DNA of 64,000 nucleotides. Source: Bacteroidales bacterium. GTDB lineage: Bacteria; Bacteroidota; Bacteroidia; Bacteroidales; UBA932. Under the pieces are notes generated by a model, which saw nothing but the letters and a program-made list of their open reading frames with translations, had not been told where the DNA came from and did not search any database. Shown one piece after another: positions 48,853 to 59,683 of the stretch. The stretch covers positions 1,057-65,056 of the forward strand of contig JAEESD010000001.1 of the NCBI GenBank assembly GCA_016286145.1. The letters are read 5' to 3'. Made by a program: the position numbers and the translations under genes. Each line of letters begins with the position of its first letter. The first letter of the stretch is position 1.

Positions 48853-49607
48853 TTATGAACGAAGTACTACTCGATATCAAGGGCCTTCACGCCAGTGTTG
48901 AGGGCAAGGAAATACTCCACGGAGTCGACCTGCAGATCCGCCGTGGCGAGGTCCACGCAGTGATGGGCCCCAACGGCGCGGGCAAATCCACCCTCAGTGC
49001 GGTCCTCACCGGCCGCCCGGGCTACGAAGTCACCGCCGGCAGCGTACGCTTTGCGGGAGCCGACCTGCTCGCGATGAGCCCGGAAGAGCGCTCGTGGGCG
49101 GGCCTTTTCCTGAGCTTCCAATATCCGATCGAGATCCCCGGGGTCAGTATGACCAATTTCCTGAAGGCGGCCGTGTCCGCCCGCCGAAAGGCCGCCGGCC
49201 TACCAGACCTCAGCGCAGGGGAGTTCCTCTCCCTCGTCAAACAGAAGATGGCTCTTTTGAAAATGAAACCTGAGTTTGCGAAGCGCGAGGTAAATGTTGG
49301 TTTTTCGGGTGGAGAGAAGAAGCGCGGCGAAATCTTCCAGATGGCTATGCTCGAGCCCGTGCTTTCTATTCTGGATGAGACGGACAGCGGTCTTGATGTC
49401 GACGCATTGAAGATAGTAGCAGACGGCGTGAACTCTCTGAAGACCCCTCAGACGTCTTCAATCATCATCACGCATTATCATAAACTGCTGGAATATATAG
49501 TCCCGGACGTAGTCCATGTCCTGAAGGACGGCGTTATCGTCAAGACCGGCGGGAAGGAACTTGCAGACCGTATCGAAGCCGAAGGATTCGAAGGGATAGA
49601 TGGATAG
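48849..49607 (+). CDS. sufC: Fe-S cluster assembly ATPase SufC
   Basis: [36 protein letters not shown]. Confidence 0.97.
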   Translation: MIMNEVLLDIKGLHASVEGKEILHGVDLQIRRGEVHAVMGPNGAGKSTLSAVLTGRPGYEVTAGSVRFAGADLLAMSPEERSWAGLFLSFQYPIEIPGVSMTNFLKAAVSARRKAAGLPDLSAGEFLSLVKQKMALLKMKPEFAKREVNVGFSGGEKKRGEIFQMAMLEPVLSILDETDSGLDVDALKIVADGVNSLKTPQTSSIIITHYHKLLEYIVPDVVHVLKDGVIVKTGGKELADRIEAEGFEGIDG

Positions 49608-50190
49608 GATAGTTGTCATAGGCAGGGACGAGCTACCGCGCAAGGTGGTGCTTGGGGCTGGGGAAAGCCTCCGGCTGACCATTGTCGTGCCTCAGGGAGT
49701 GTCGGCTGATATCGATCTTACGGCCGAGCTCACGGGACCCGGCGCGGACCTGGATCTGGCCGGGGTGTTCGTTCCCGCAGGCAGCGATACCGTCCGAATC
49801 CGCACTCTCGTTCGCCATTTGAGCGGCTCCTGCCGCTCGAACCAGCTCTTCAGGGGTGTTGCGGACGGGAAGTCGCAGGTCAGTTTCAATGGCCTCATCT
49901 ATGTCAAGCAGGACGCCCAGAAGACGGAGGCCTATCAATCTTGTAACACACTGCTATTAAACGAAGGAGCCCGTGTGGAGACCAACCCTCAGCTTGAGAT
50001 TTACGCTGATGATGTGGTCTGCTCACACGGAGCTGCCATCGGATATCTGTCGGAAGACGAGCTGTTCTATATGCGCTCCAGGGGTATTCCCGAAGAGGAA
50101 GCCCGCCGCCTCCAGATACTTTCTTTCCTTTCGCCCGTCTTATCGAGGCTGCCGGAAGAGTATTACTCGCTTATCGGCTTCCAGAGGTGA
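49600..50190 (+). CDS. sufD: Short SufD
   Basis: AQKT, PQLEIYADDVVCSHGA, LFYMRSRGI. Confidence 0.88.
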   Translation: MDRIVVIGRDELPRKVVLGAGESLRLTIVVPQGVSADIDLTAELTGPGADLDLAGVFVPAGSDTVRIRTLVRHLSGSCRSNQLFRGVADGKSQVSFNGLIYVKQDAQKTEAYQSCNTLLLNEGARVETNPQLEIYADDVVCSHGAAIGYLSEDELFYMRSRGIPEEEARRLQILSFLSPVLSRLPEEYYSLIGFQR

Positions 50191-50552
50191 GTCTCGCCGA
50201 TACCCATTACCTTTCCTGAAACCTGAAGCATACCGTTCTTGGTGAAGAGGATGGTGCAGTTGGCTTTGATTCCGCGTGTAGGGTCGCTTATCTTAGCACC
50301 GTCCCAGCGCTTCTTCTCTGCGTTGTATTTGAGGCCGTTGACAAGCACGATGTCCTCTTTGCCGTTCTCAGCAGACCAGTATACAAACCCTTTGTATGTT
50401 CCGTCTGCGTTCTTTACGAACTCGACCTTACTGTCGTTTTTCTCGATGAAATACTTGCCTACGATTGAGTCGGCGGTGTTGTTCTTTGCGTTCTGTGCGA
50501 ATGCCATTGCTCCGATGAGGAGAGCTGCAAGAGTGAAAAGGAATTTCTTCAT
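50163..50552 (-). CDS. DUF2147-like exported protein
   Basis: Signal peptide; IVGKY, WDGAKISDP, G.T..W. Confidence 0.7.
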   Translation of the reverse strand: MKKFLFTLAALLIGAMAFAQNAKNNTADSIVGKYFIEKNDSKVEFVKNADGTYKGFVYWSAENGKEDIVLVNGLKYNAEKKRWDGAKISDPTRGIKANCTILFTKNGMLQVSGKVMGIGETHLWKPISE

Positions 50553-50661
50553 TTCTAGTTGTTTTTGTTTAGTGCGATTGCAAAGGTAATTATTTTTCGT
50601 ATATTTGCAGCCGCTCTCGGGTAGAGCACATAGCATTATTAACTTTTAAAACAGATTCACA

Positions 50662-51237
50662 ATGGCTGTTAAAATTCGTTTACAGCGCCACGGAAAGAAG
50701 AATTTCGCATTCTTCCACATTGTTGTGGCAGACACGCGTGCCCCGCGTGACGGTCGTTTCATCGAGCAGCTCGGTGTTTACAATCCTAACACCAACCCTG
50801 CTACTATTACCCTTAACTTCGAGCGTGCTCTTGCTTGGCTGAAGGTTGGTGCAGAACCTACCCTCGTTTGCCGCAGGATCCTCTCTTATCAGGGTGTTCT
50901 TCTTCGTCATCACCTCGACGGTGGTGTTGCTAAGGGAGCTCTTACTCCTGAGGCCGCAGACAAGAAGTGGAATGACTGGAAGGCTCAGCGCGATGCTAAG
51001 ATCGAGGCTAAGATTACTGGTCTGAAGAACGAGGCTATCGCAGCAGCTAAGGCCGCCAAGGCCGAAGAGGCAAAGGTCAATGAAGCAAGGGCTGAGGCTA
51101 TCGCCAAGAAGGCCGCCGAGCTCGCCGCCGCTGAGGCTGCAGCAAAGGCAGAGTCTGAGGCAGAGGCCGTCGCTGAGACTGAGGTAGCCCAGGAGGCTCC
51201 CGCAGCTGAGGCTGAGGCTCCCGCAGAGGAAGCCTAA
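50662..51237 (+). CDS. rpsP: 30S ribosomal protein S16 with an Ala/Glu-rich extension
   Basis: [11 protein letters not shown]...[14 protein letters not shown]. Confidence 0.97.
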   Translation: MAVKIRLQRHGKKNFAFFHIVVADTRAPRDGRFIEQLGVYNPNTNPATITLNFERALAWLKVGAEPTLVCRRILSYQGVLLRHHLDGGVAKGALTPEAADKKWNDWKAQRDAKIEAKITGLKNEAIAAAKAAKAEEAKVNEARAEAIAKKAAELAAAEAAAKAESEAEAVAETEVAQEAPAAEAEAPAEEA

Positions 51238-51713
51238 TGCTCCGCATTGGCAAAATTCTCAAGTCTAACGGAACCGATGGAGGTCTGCTTGTAAGCGCTC
51301 CTGAGGTTGAACTTGAACAAATCGAGGGTCCGGTATACGTCGAGTTCGACGGTTTACCGGCCCCTTTCTTTTTTGACGATCTATCCAAGCGCGGTTCTAC
51401 GCGCTATATAGTCCATATGACCGGGGTGCGTTCCCTTAAGGACGCAGAAGAGATGGTCGGCCGCGATATCCTTTTCGACGGAGAGTTTGAGGAAGACGGT
51501 TCGGAGGAAGATTTCGTTGGCTGGACTGTTTTCGACCGTGACTACGAACTGGGTGTCGTCGAGGACTACGAGCCTATACCGGGCAATTTCTGCTTGTATG
51601 TACGAGTAGCAGACGGCGATCAGGTTATGATCCCCCTCCACGAGGATTTTGTAGTCTCCGTAGATCCGGAGGCACGCCACCTGGTTCTTGAATTACCGGA
51701 AGGATTGTATTAG
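51237..51713 (+). CDS. rimM: 16S rRNA processing protein RimM
   Basis: IGKILKSNG..G, MIP, LPEGL; follows rpsP. Confidence 0.88.
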   Translation: MLRIGKILKSNGTDGGLLVSAPEVELEQIEGPVYVEFDGLPAPFFFDDLSKRGSTRYIVHMTGVRSLKDAEEMVGRDILFDGEFEEDGSEEDFVGWTVFDRDYELGVVEDYEPIPGNFCLYVRVADGDQVMIPLHEDFVVSVDPEARHLVLELPEGLY

Positions 51714-51928
51714 GATTCGTCCGCTTCGAGATGACCTTTATTGACGATAAAGTGTCTCATCCCGTACCAGTAGCCGAAGTAACCTACCCAACTAAAGAAT
51801 AATATTAGAAGGCCGAGAGCTATTTTGCTTATCGGCTTAATTGTTTGCTGCTTCCAGAGGTCCATCGCAGAAAGGAACCCCGGAATCAGTCCGATCAGAT
51901 ATATTATTAAAAGTAGAATACCTATCAT
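51710..51928 (-). CDS. Small membrane protein with two TM segments
   Basis: Two hydrophobic segments; upstream TATTTG-like promoter element. Confidence 0.6.
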   Translation of the reverse strand: MIGILLLIIYLIGLIPGFLSAMDLWKQQTIKPISKIALGLLILFFSWVGYFGYWYGMRHFIVNKGHLEADES

Positions 51929-51976
51929 ATCGCAAATATACAAAAACAGCCCCAAAAGTTGCTATCTTTGTGGAGT

Positions 51977-52585
51977 ATGGAGTCGTGTGATAAACCACTC
52001 GTGAAATTATGTCCGCCGGCGGAGGGAAAAATCCTTCTTCACGCCTGTTGCGCGCCGTGTTCGAGCGCGATTCTGGAGTGTATGGTCCTCAGCGGCATTA
52101 AGCCTACGGTGTTTTTCTCCAACTCCAATATCACCCCTCGGGAAGAGTACGAGCTGCGCAAGGCGGAGATAATCCGCTACTGCGAGAGCCTTGGGGTCGA
52201 GTGGGTGGACGATGATTATGACCATGACGACTGGCTTGCTCTTGTCGCCCGCGGCAGGGAGAATGCGCCGGAGAGAGGGCCGCGCTGCCTGGAATGTTTC
52301 CGCTATCGGTTAAGCAGGGCTGCCGCCTATGCCGCCGAACACGGCTTCAGCGTTCTGACTACAACCCTTGCCTCAAGCCGCTGGAAGAGTCTGGAGCAGG
52401 TGAATGAGGCCGGCGCGGCGGCGTGTGCCCGCGTGTCCAGCGGGGCAGGAGCAAACGGAAACCCGGTCGTCTGGTGGGATATGAACTGGCGAAAGGGCGG
52501 GCTCCAGCCGCGCCGCTCCGAACTTATACGCGAACTGGGGTTTTACAACCAGACGTTCTGCGGGTGTGAATTTTCGAAACAATGA
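51977..52585 (+). CDS. queH: Epoxyqueuosine reductase QueH
   Basis: LLHACCAPCS, ERGPRCLECF..RL, YNQTFCGCEFS. Confidence 0.9.
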   Translation: MESCDKPLVKLCPPAEGKILLHACCAPCSSAILECMVLSGIKPTVFFSNSNITPREEYELRKAEIIRYCESLGVEWVDDDYDHDDWLALVARGRENAPERGPRCLECFRYRLSRAAAYAAEHGFSVLTTTLASSRWKSLEQVNEAGAAACARVSSGAGANGNPVVWWDMNWRKGGLQPRRSELIRELGFYNQTFCGCEFSKQ

Positions 52586-53328
52586 TCAGTTACCCTACTC
52601 CTAAAATCAATATAGGCCTTCACGTTCTTCGTAGAAGGGAGGACGGCTTCCACGACATAGAAACGCTCTTCTATCCGGTTGACGCGTTCCGTGATGAACT
52701 GGAGATAGTCCCTTCGGAAAAGTTCAGCATCGAGATAGAAGGTGCTGACTGGGATCCGCAGTCGGACCTGACCGCCAAGGCCTGGCGGCTGCTCGCTGAA
52801 GAGCGCGGGATCGGTCCGGTCGCTATCCGCGTAAAGAAAGGGATCCCCGTTGGGGCCGGCCTTGGCGGAGGTTCGTCCGACTGCGCCTTCGCCTTGAAGA
52901 TGCTCAATGAACTCTTCTCCCTGGGCCTTTCTACCGTTGAACTTGAAGAATACGCCGCCCATCTTGGAGCTGACTGCGCTTTCTTTATCCGCAATATTCC
53001 TCAGTGGGGAAGCGGTAAGGGTGATATTCTGAAGCCCGCAGACATCGACCTCTCAGCATACAGAATCAGGATAGAATTACCGGAAGGAGTCCATGTCCGT
53101 ACTGCAGATGCCTACAAAGGCTTGACTCCACATGAACCTGCCATAACACTTCGCGAAGCAGTAACCAGACCAGTCTCTGAATGGTGCGACTGTGTGGTCA
53201 ACGATTTCGAAGACAGCGTGTTCCCCGGTCATCCGGGAATCGCCGCGCTCAAAGAACGAATGTATGCAGATGGAGCAATCTTTGCCTCCATGTCCGGCAG
53301 CGGCGCCGCGGTTTTCGGTATTTTTTAA
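52582..53328 (+). CDS. ispE: 4-diphosphocytidyl-2-C-methyl-D-erythritol kinase
   Basis: KINIGL, KGIPVGAGLGGGSSD, NDFE, MSGSG. Confidence 0.95.
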   Translation: MISYPTPKINIGLHVLRRREDGFHDIETLFYPVDAFRDELEIVPSEKFSIEIEGADWDPQSDLTAKAWRLLAEERGIGPVAIRVKKGIPVGAGLGGGSSDCAFALKMLNELFSLGLSTVELEEYAAHLGADCAFFIRNIPQWGSGKGDILKPADIDLSAYRIRIELPEGVHVRTADAYKGLTPHEPAITLREAVTRPVSEWCDCVVNDFEDSVFPGHPGIAALKERMYADGAIFASMSGSGAAVFGIF

Positions 53329-53378
53329 CGAAAATTTTGCGAATTAAAGAAAACATACTATTTTTGCAGTCCCAAATC

Positions 53379-53461
53379 GCGGTAGTGGTGAAATGGTAGA
53401 CACGCTACTTTGAGGGGGTAGTGCCCGTTGGGGTGTGTGAGTTCGACTCTCACCTACCGCA
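53379..53461 (+). tRNA. tRNA-Leu(GAG)
   Basis: GCGGTAG/CTACCGC acceptor stem; CTACT-TTGAGGG-GGTAG anticodon arm; GTTCGACTC; followed by hairpin aaggaga...tctcctt. Confidence 0.93.
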
Positions 53462-53534
53462 CAAGGAGATATGTTCGAAAGAATGTGTCTCCTTAATTTT
53501 TTTGTATATTTGGGAAGACTAATACCCAAAGCCT

Positions 53535-55130
53535 ATGAAACGGATCCTCGCTTTCCTGGTTCTCGCGGCCCTTTTGGCAACTGTTACAGCTCAAGCCCAA
53601 ACCTCCAATCCCCCCTTGGTAAAAGATGTCCCTGCGACTGCTCTGGAGCCTTATATCTACAAGCTCAAGGAGACCGGGAATGAGGCCGGCGCCGCTAAGG
53701 CCATGGTCGATGCTATTGACGCCTCGCATAACCTCCGCAATGGAGCGTGCAGGAGTAACCTCGCTGGGCAGAGTGTCTACTACGAGCAGTATAATATCCA
53801 TGGAAGTCTCCTGGCTCAGGTCGATAGCGTCCAGCTCCAGAGCATTTGGGAGGAAGGTCAGGCGCGCAAGACAGGCTATGCCTTTACTTCCCGCGAATGG
53901 ACAGGTAAAAACACCTACGTCGAAAACATAGAATACATGGACGAGGGCTTTTTCCGCACTGCCTCGGCCCTTGTCTCGCTTCAGAAGCAGGATGGCGACA
54001 AAGCTAAACAGAAAGTCGGCAGCGCCATGCTCCAGGTTTTCTATACCCCTATGCAGGTCCATTTCAAGAAGCTTGAGCAGCTGTCCGAAGTGCGCGAAGG
54101 TGGGACCTGTGAAGCTGAGCTCCTGCTTACGGACGTAAAAAACCTTTACGCCATGGATGGTTATACCATTGAGGTCTCCTCATCCAACACGGGAATACTT
54201 ATTGCGTCTCCGGCACAAGTTACTACCGGATCAGATGGAACGGCGAAGATTAAACTTCGCGGTGTAAAGCAGGGGACAGCAACCCTCAAAGTCCTTATCG
54301 ACCTCCATCAAGACGAAACGAACTCGTCGGTTCACGCCGAGAGGGAAATCGATATCGAGGTCAAGGAAGCCGAGAGGTGGGAGTATACAATCAAGGTAAA
54401 GGACGAATTCTTCATCCAGCCCGCTCAGCAATATACTCTGACCGGAACTTTTACCGTCAAATCCTTCGAGGATGAGGCGGGAATCACTCATTATACACTT
54501 GAAGACGTCTCTCCCGCCAGTAAGTCCGATGCGGGTACTTTCGAAGCGACTGGAATGTTTTTCAGGGATACAGACAGGGACAGCGGCGTAGCCATCATGT
54601 TCGATATGATGGGGATTATTGCCAGGGCAGAGGAGTCGAAGGCAACGATGGGAGCAAAAATCGGTCAAGTGTTGGCGGATACTTTTATGTCTATGGCAAC
54701 AGGAGAAAAGGTAGGTGAAACGGTGAATTCCCGCAATCCTATCACCTGCGCTGAGTTCCTGCTTGAAGAAGGCAGCTGGTCATACTATGCCGATATGAAT
54801 ACAATCATGGCCATAGGCATGTCGGCGCAGGGAATGTCAGACGAAGAAATCCAGAAAGCGCTGGCACAATCCCCAGAAGAGAGGAATAGCTCTAAATCCA
54901 AAAACAAGAAACTAAACCCGGACGACTTCAAGGTTGATCCTGAAGCGTCCAGGCAGGCCAACATTTCTTATATCAAAAAACATAATTGCCTGATTATTCC
55001 AGATACTACTCAGGGTATGCTTTTCCAGATGGGTAATATTTGGAAGGAAGCCGACAAATATATGAGTACCGGAAAGTCGAGCGACAGCATTTCTGGCACA
55101 TTCATCCTTCGTCAATTAAACAACGACTAG
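53535..55130 (+). CDS. Exported hypothetical protein with a central Ig-like segment
   Basis: Signal peptide; VTTGSDGTAKIKLRGVKQGTATL. Confidence 0.7.
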   Translation: MKRILAFLVLAALLATVTAQAQTSNPPLVKDVPATALEPYIYKLKETGNEAGAAKAMVDAIDASHNLRNGACRSNLAGQSVYYEQYNIHGSLLAQVDSVQLQSIWEEGQARKTGYAFTSREWTGKNTYVENIEYMDEGFFRTASALVSLQKQDGDKAKQKVGSAMLQVFYTPMQVHFKKLEQLSEVREGGTCEAELLLTDVKNLYAMDGYTIEVSSSNTGILIASPAQVTTGSDGTAKIKLRGVKQGTATLKVLIDLHQDETNSSVHAEREIDIEVKEAERWEYTIKVKDEFFIQPAQQYTLTGTFTVKSFEDEAGITHYTLEDVSPASKSDAGTFEATGMFFRDTDRDSGVAIMFDMMGIIARAEESKATMGAKIGQVLADTFMSMATGEKVGETVNSRNPITCAEFLLEEGSWSYYADMNTIMAIGMSAQGMSDEEIQKALAQSPEERNSSKSKNKKLNPDDFKVDPEASRQANISYIKKHNCLIIPDTTQGMLFQMGNIWKEADKYMSTGKSSDSISGTFILRQLNND

Positions 55131-55133
55131 TAT

Positions 55134-56387
55134 ATGTCCGAATTTTTCCCCCTTCAAGACGTTGAGCGCTTCGACCTGAAGAAGGTTCCCCCGCGCGTAA
55201 AGTGGTATCTGAGGCCGATCGTTTGGCTGCTGTGTTTCCCGGTATTCTGGCTGCATCGCAGCAAGATTCGCCGCATCGGTATGAAAGGCGTGAAGCCGCC
55301 GTACCTTCTGCTCTGCAACCACAACGCATTCTACGACTTTATGGTCGCTACGGTTGCAACATTCCCTCACCAGCCGTACTATGTAGTAGCCGTGGACGGT
55401 TTCATCGGCCGCGAGAAGCTGATGTGGGGAGTGGGCTGCTTCGGAAAGAGAAAGTTCACGAACGACCTTTCGCTTATCAGGAACATCAAGGCCATTCTCG
55501 ATCGCGGGAAGATCGTGGCCCTGTATGCGGAGGCGCGCTACTCGCTTTGCGGAACCAACGCAGTGCTCCCGGAATCTCTCGGCAAGATGGTAAAGCTCTT
55601 CAAGGTCCCGGTCGTGACCCTTATTACCAAAGGACACCATGTCGACGCCCCCTTCTGGCAGGGCTCCGACCCTAAGAGCAAGATGCTGAAGACCGAGGCC
55701 GACTTCAAGCTCCTCCTTACGGCAGAAGATGCGCAGAACCTTAGCGTCGAAGAAATCAACCGCAGAATCAATGAGGCCTATGTCTACGATGACTTCAAGT
55801 GGCAGAAAGACAACCATGTCCGCATCCGCGCGAAAGACCGTGCACGTGCCCTCCATAAAGTCCTCTACAAGTGTCCCCACTGCGGAAAGGAATACCGTAT
55901 GGACTCCCACGGCACCATCCTCGAATGTAAGGCCTGTGGCCATAAATGGGAGATGACCGAATACGGCGAACTCAAGGCCCTTGAAGGCGAGACATATTAC
56001 TCCCACATTCCCGACTGGTATGAGTGGGAACGCGCCTGCGTCCGAAAGGAGGTAGAGGACGGGACCTACAAGCTGGATGTCCAGTGCAAGGTCAATTCCC
56101 TGCCCAATTCGAAGGGCTTCATCAACATCGGCGACGCCCATCTTGTCCACGATATGACCGGCTTCCACCTCAAAGGTAACTATGAGGGTAAGGACTGGGA
56201 GCTCGAGCAGCCCGCCAAGGGCCTTTACTCCGTCCATATTGAATACAATTACATAGGCGAGCATCGCGACTGCGTAGACCTCAATACCCTGACAGACACG
56301 CTATACTGTTTCCCTTACGGCGAAGACTTCGCGGTCACTAAAGTCGCCCTTGCTACCGAAGAACTGTACAAATACCTGAACAAATGA
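55134..56387 (+). CDS. PlsC-like acyltransferase with a zinc ribbon
   Basis: NHNAFYD (HxxxxD), YAEAR; CPHC...CKAC. Confidence 0.8.
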   Translation: MSEFFPLQDVERFDLKKVPPRVKWYLRPIVWLLCFPVFWLHRSKIRRIGMKGVKPPYLLLCNHNAFYDFMVATVATFPHQPYYVVAVDGFIGREKLMWGVGCFGKRKFTNDLSLIRNIKAILDRGKIVALYAEARYSLCGTNAVLPESLGKMVKLFKVPVVTLITKGHHVDAPFWQGSDPKSKMLKTEADFKLLLTAEDAQNLSVEEINRRINEAYVYDDFKWQKDNHVRIRAKDRARALHKVLYKCPHCGKEYRMDSHGTILECKACGHKWEMTEYGELKALEGETYYSHIPDWYEWERACVRKEVEDGTYKLDVQCKVNSLPNSKGFINIGDAHLVHDMTGFHLKGNYEGKDWELEQPAKGLYSVHIEYNYIGEHRDCVDLNTLTDTLYCFPYGEDFAVTKVALATEELYKYLNK

Positions 56388-57460
56388 AACGCATACTGCT
56401 GACGGCAGCGCTGGCCCTCACAGCCGGCCTTGCCTTTGCCCAGGACCTGAACGACCCCCGCCTGGCCCTCAACACGGTCCCGGACTCTGCCCATTTCTAC
56501 TATTATATAAATATGTATCCCCAGATCGGGCAGTGGGATATCAAAAAAGCCAGGGCCAAGGAATTCGGCTATCATTCCGAATACGTCCTCGAGGGCAAGT
56601 TCGACCGCATCTGGATCCTCAGCCTCCACGACGCCATCGTCAAGAAAAAGGGCCGTTACGCCCTTTTCAACCTCGATACTAAAAAGTATACGACCAAGTT
56701 CGACTATACAGACGTCCGTTTCGCCTGGGGCACCGTCGATACCGCGCCCGTGGCCCTTTACACCCAGACCAAGGACTACGAAGGCTGGGACCTCTGGCGC
56801 CTGCTGGATACCGACGGCAAAAGGACCATGGAGCCGATAATGACAGAACCCACGGACAGCTTCTTCTTCGTCGCCCCGAACTGCATCAAACTGTTCAAAG
56901 ACGGCAAGGAAAGCCTGATCGACGACGGCGGCAAGGTCATCGTCCCCTTCCAGTATGCCCATGTCGGGGTCTACCGCGCTTATGATGGCGTCACCCTGCT
57001 CGATGTCCAGGACGCCGAAGGCAGGTGGGGTCTCGCCCGCGTCGTTGGCGACGGCACCCTGGTCGAGATGGCCCCATGCGAGTTCGACGCAGTCAACATA
57101 ACCCGCTGGCCCTGCCTGCTCGAGAAAGACGGCAAGTTCGCGATCGTCTATGATAAAGACGGCAGCCGGACCGGGCTCGACTTCGACTCTGTAGACTGGT
57201 ACCCTCAGGGCATGATAGTGCGCATCGGCCAGAAATTCGGCTTCCAGAAATGGGGCAAGCTGAAACTTCCCGTAGAGTACGATTCGATGGGAATCACTAC
57301 CTCAAAGGAGACTAAAAACAAGAAGGCTATTATCGCCGATAAGGAGGACGGAGTTTACCTGTTCGATACCAACGGTAAACTGCTCCATTTCGAACCCGCA
57401 GAGATAGTAGAGCCCGAAGAGTTCGAAGCTCAGGAGGATACGCTTTCAAATGGCCAGTAA
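56384..57460 (+). CDS. WG-repeat exported protein
   Basis: Signal peptide; G.VIVPFQY, GRWGL, KFGF...LPVEYD. Confidence 0.7.
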   Translation: MKRILLTAALALTAGLAFAQDLNDPRLALNTVPDSAHFYYYINMYPQIGQWDIKKARAKEFGYHSEYVLEGKFDRIWILSLHDAIVKKKGRYALFNLDTKKYTTKFDYTDVRFAWGTVDTAPVALYTQTKDYEGWDLWRLLDTDGKRTMEPIMTEPTDSFFFVAPNCIKLFKDGKESLIDDGGKVIVPFQYAHVGVYRAYDGVTLLDVQDAEGRWGLARVVGDGTLVEMAPCEFDAVNITRWPCLLEKDGKFAIVYDKDGSRTGLDFDSVDWYPQGMIVRIGQKFGFQKWGKLKLPVEYDSMGITTSKETKNKKAIIADKEDGVYLFDTNGKLLHFEPAEIVEPEEFEAQEDTLSNGQ

Positions 57461-58418
57461 GACTAAGGACGTAGCGCTGGTTCTTTCCAGCGGCGGCCCC
57501 AGGGGCCTGGCGTTCATAGGCGCGATCGAGGAGCTCGAGCGCCGTGGGTACAATATCACCTCCGTGGCCGGTACCTCGATGGGTTCGCTGGTAGGCGGCA
57601 TCTACGCTGCCGGCGGGCTGGAGGCCTTCAAGGAGTGGATTTTCTCCGTCGGGTACCGCAATATGCTCAAGTATATGGACGTTTCGATCTCGCCGAGCTA
57701 CGTCCTCAAGGGCGAGAAGGTCATCGCCGCGCTCGAGCAGATAGTCCCCGACGTCTTGATTGAGGAGCTTCGGATCCCGTACGTGGCCCTCGCGGCCGAC
57801 CTGTATACCGGCGACAAGGTGGTTTTCCGCTCGGGCCGGCTGTTCGACGCGATCCGTGCTTCGATTTCCGTGCCCTCGCTTTTCAAACCCTACCAGCTCG
57901 GGGAGAAGACTCTGATCGACGGCGGGCTGGTCAGCACCTTCCCGCTGGGCTATGTGGCCCGTAGCGGCCACGACCTGCTCGTGGGCTTCAACGTCAACTC
58001 CGCAAACCACGACGAAGCGCTGCAGGACTACCTGCGCGAGCGCGAACACTACCGCGAGTCCGAGGAGCAGTCGCTGATGACTATCGAGGCCATCCGTGAA
58101 GACGACATCCTGCCGCTGAATAAAAAGATAATGCTCATCGGCCGCCAGGGCCAGATCGTTATACGAAATAAGATAGCCGAAGACCGCATGAAGGGCGAGG
58201 TCCAGGCAGACGGCAACTACCTGTCGATTATTTCCCGTTCGTTCGGGGTGGCGAACCACAGCATCGCCGAGCTCGAGAAAGAGTTCTACAAGCCGGATAT
58301 ACTGGCGGAGATGCCCTTCGACAGCTACCGCGCCATCAAGGATTACTCAAAGGCGCGGCAGATTTCCGAGCGCGGGCGCAGGATAATGGCCGAGGCGCTG
58401 GATAAATACGAAAAATAA
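57450..58418 (+). CDS. Patatin-like phospholipase
   Basis: LVLSSGGPRG, GTSMG, DGG. Confidence 0.9.
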   Translation: MASKTKDVALVLSSGGPRGLAFIGAIEELERRGYNITSVAGTSMGSLVGGIYAAGGLEAFKEWIFSVGYRNMLKYMDVSISPSYVLKGEKVIAALEQIVPDVLIEELRIPYVALAADLYTGDKVVFRSGRLFDAIRASISVPSLFKPYQLGEKTLIDGGLVSTFPLGYVARSGHDLLVGFNVNSANHDEALQDYLREREHYRESEEQSLMTIEAIREDDILPLNKKIMLIGRQGQIVIRNKIAEDRMKGEVQADGNYLSIISRSFGVANHSIAELEKEFYKPDILAEMPFDSYRAIKDYSKARQISERGRRIMAEALDKYEK

Positions 58419-58441
58419 AGGCTTCCCAATCTGGGAAGCCT
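58419..58441. terminator. Bidirectional terminator hairpin
   Basis: aggcttccca atc tgggaagcct between convergent genes. Confidence 0.7.
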
Positions 58442-58463
58442 CTATGGTCTAAAGTGCGCTGAA

Positions 58464-58628
58464 TTATTTTGCAGCAGCGACACTTGCCTTACGATACTCC
58501 TTACCGAGCTTCTCGAGCTTAAGGGTAGCCTTGCGAACGCGAGCTGCAGCAGCCTTGTTGCCTTCCTTAACGATGTCAGCCTTGATTGCTTCAACCTCGG
58601 CGAGGATTTCTTTTACGAGTTTCTCCAT
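58464..58628 (-). CDS. Histone H1-like (Hc1-type) protein, 54 aa
   Basis: Absent from the ORF track; MEKLVKEILAEVEAIKADIVKEGNKAAAARVRKATLKLEKLGKEYRKASVAAAK. Confidence 0.88.
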   Translation of the reverse strand: MEKLVKEILAEVEAIKADIVKEGNKAAAARVRKATLKLEKLGKEYRKASVAAAK

Positions 58629-58879
58629 GATAATTGATAATTGGGTTTTAGTTAAACATTAATGTTTAGTCAAATGTAGGTAAAAAAAACTAATAAAGTA
58701 CACTTTTGGTTAAAAAAAATAAATTAGAACGTGCTAAAAGGCCGATTTTTGCTAATATTCCGGGTATTTGTGGTGTTTTTCAGCATATTTGAGGGGGTAC
58801 TTTGGGTGGTGCCTCCACTCGTCGGAGGTGTTGTCTTCTTGGCTGATGTGAGATAATTTTTGCGTAAATTAGCGTTGCT

Positions 58880-59683
58880 ATGAAAAGATTAATAACACTT
58901 TTTGTCCTGCTAGCTGAGGTTGCCGCCTTCGCGCAGCACCCTCTTTCGGCTGAGCGGCAAGGCCTGATCCGGAAGTTGTCGCTTCCTATTCTGGCGGACA
59001 CTCTGAAGTATGCCCACGAGCACAAGATGCTGGATAATTTTGAGAGTTTCTATTTAAGTTCTGTCAGTTCTACGGCGATTCTGGAATACTCCATCAAGGA
59101 TGCCGATATTTATTTGAGGTGGCCCGTACAAGTCGTTGCACATTCTGATCAAACGATGGATATTAATGGCAAAACTTATGGGGTGGCGGTAAGCAAGGCT
59201 GAGGTTAGGTCTCATACTTATGTGCCGGCACACGAGGCACAAGATATGCTTGACCAGCCTTTGCTTGCGTTTATTCTTTTCACGGGAGGTTATAGGATTA
59301 CGGAAGAAATAGCCTATCCCAAAAGGGTAGCCGGTTCGATTATTACCGAGTACGACAATGAGAAAATGAGGCCTTCGGAGCCGCTGTTCGACCTCGTAGC
59401 GAAGAATATCAAGGCTCATAATGCCAGGGCTGAAAGCGTGGGCAGTATCTATGAAATTACCGCTTTCGATCAGGAGAGCCTGACGCTGCGAGTCGCTTTC
59501 AACGGAAGTGGCGAAGCGGCTTTGCTTAATGCATATGTTGCCGATCCGTATGCTGTCCTTTTTGCTCTCGGCCTAGACCTGGGAATTCATCTGTATGTCT
59601 ATGACGTCAATGTGGCCGCGGCACCCCAGTACGCATATTTTTCTGCGGATGATGTGGTCAAGTTTGCGAAGGAGGTGAAATGA
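58880..59683 (+). CDS. Exported hypothetical protein
   Basis: Signal peptide (AFAQ); overlaps the next gene at ATGA. Confidence 0.7.
   Translation: MKRLITLFVLLAEVAAFAQHPLSAERQGLIRKLSLPILADTLKYAHEHKMLDNFESFYLSSVSSTAILEYSIKDADIYLRWPVQVVAHSDQTMDINGKTYGVAVSKAEVRSHTYVPAHEAQDMLDQPLLAFILFTGGYRITEEIAYPKRVAGSIITEYDNEKMRPSEPLFDLVAKNIKAHNARAESVGSIYEITAFDQESLTLRVAFNGSGEAALLNAYVADPYAVLFALGLDLGIHLYVYDVNVAAAPQYAYFSADDVVKFAKEVK

Noticed and set aside
50662-51237. Long Ala/Glu-rich tail on S16
   Set aside because: Usual for Bacteroidota; not novel.
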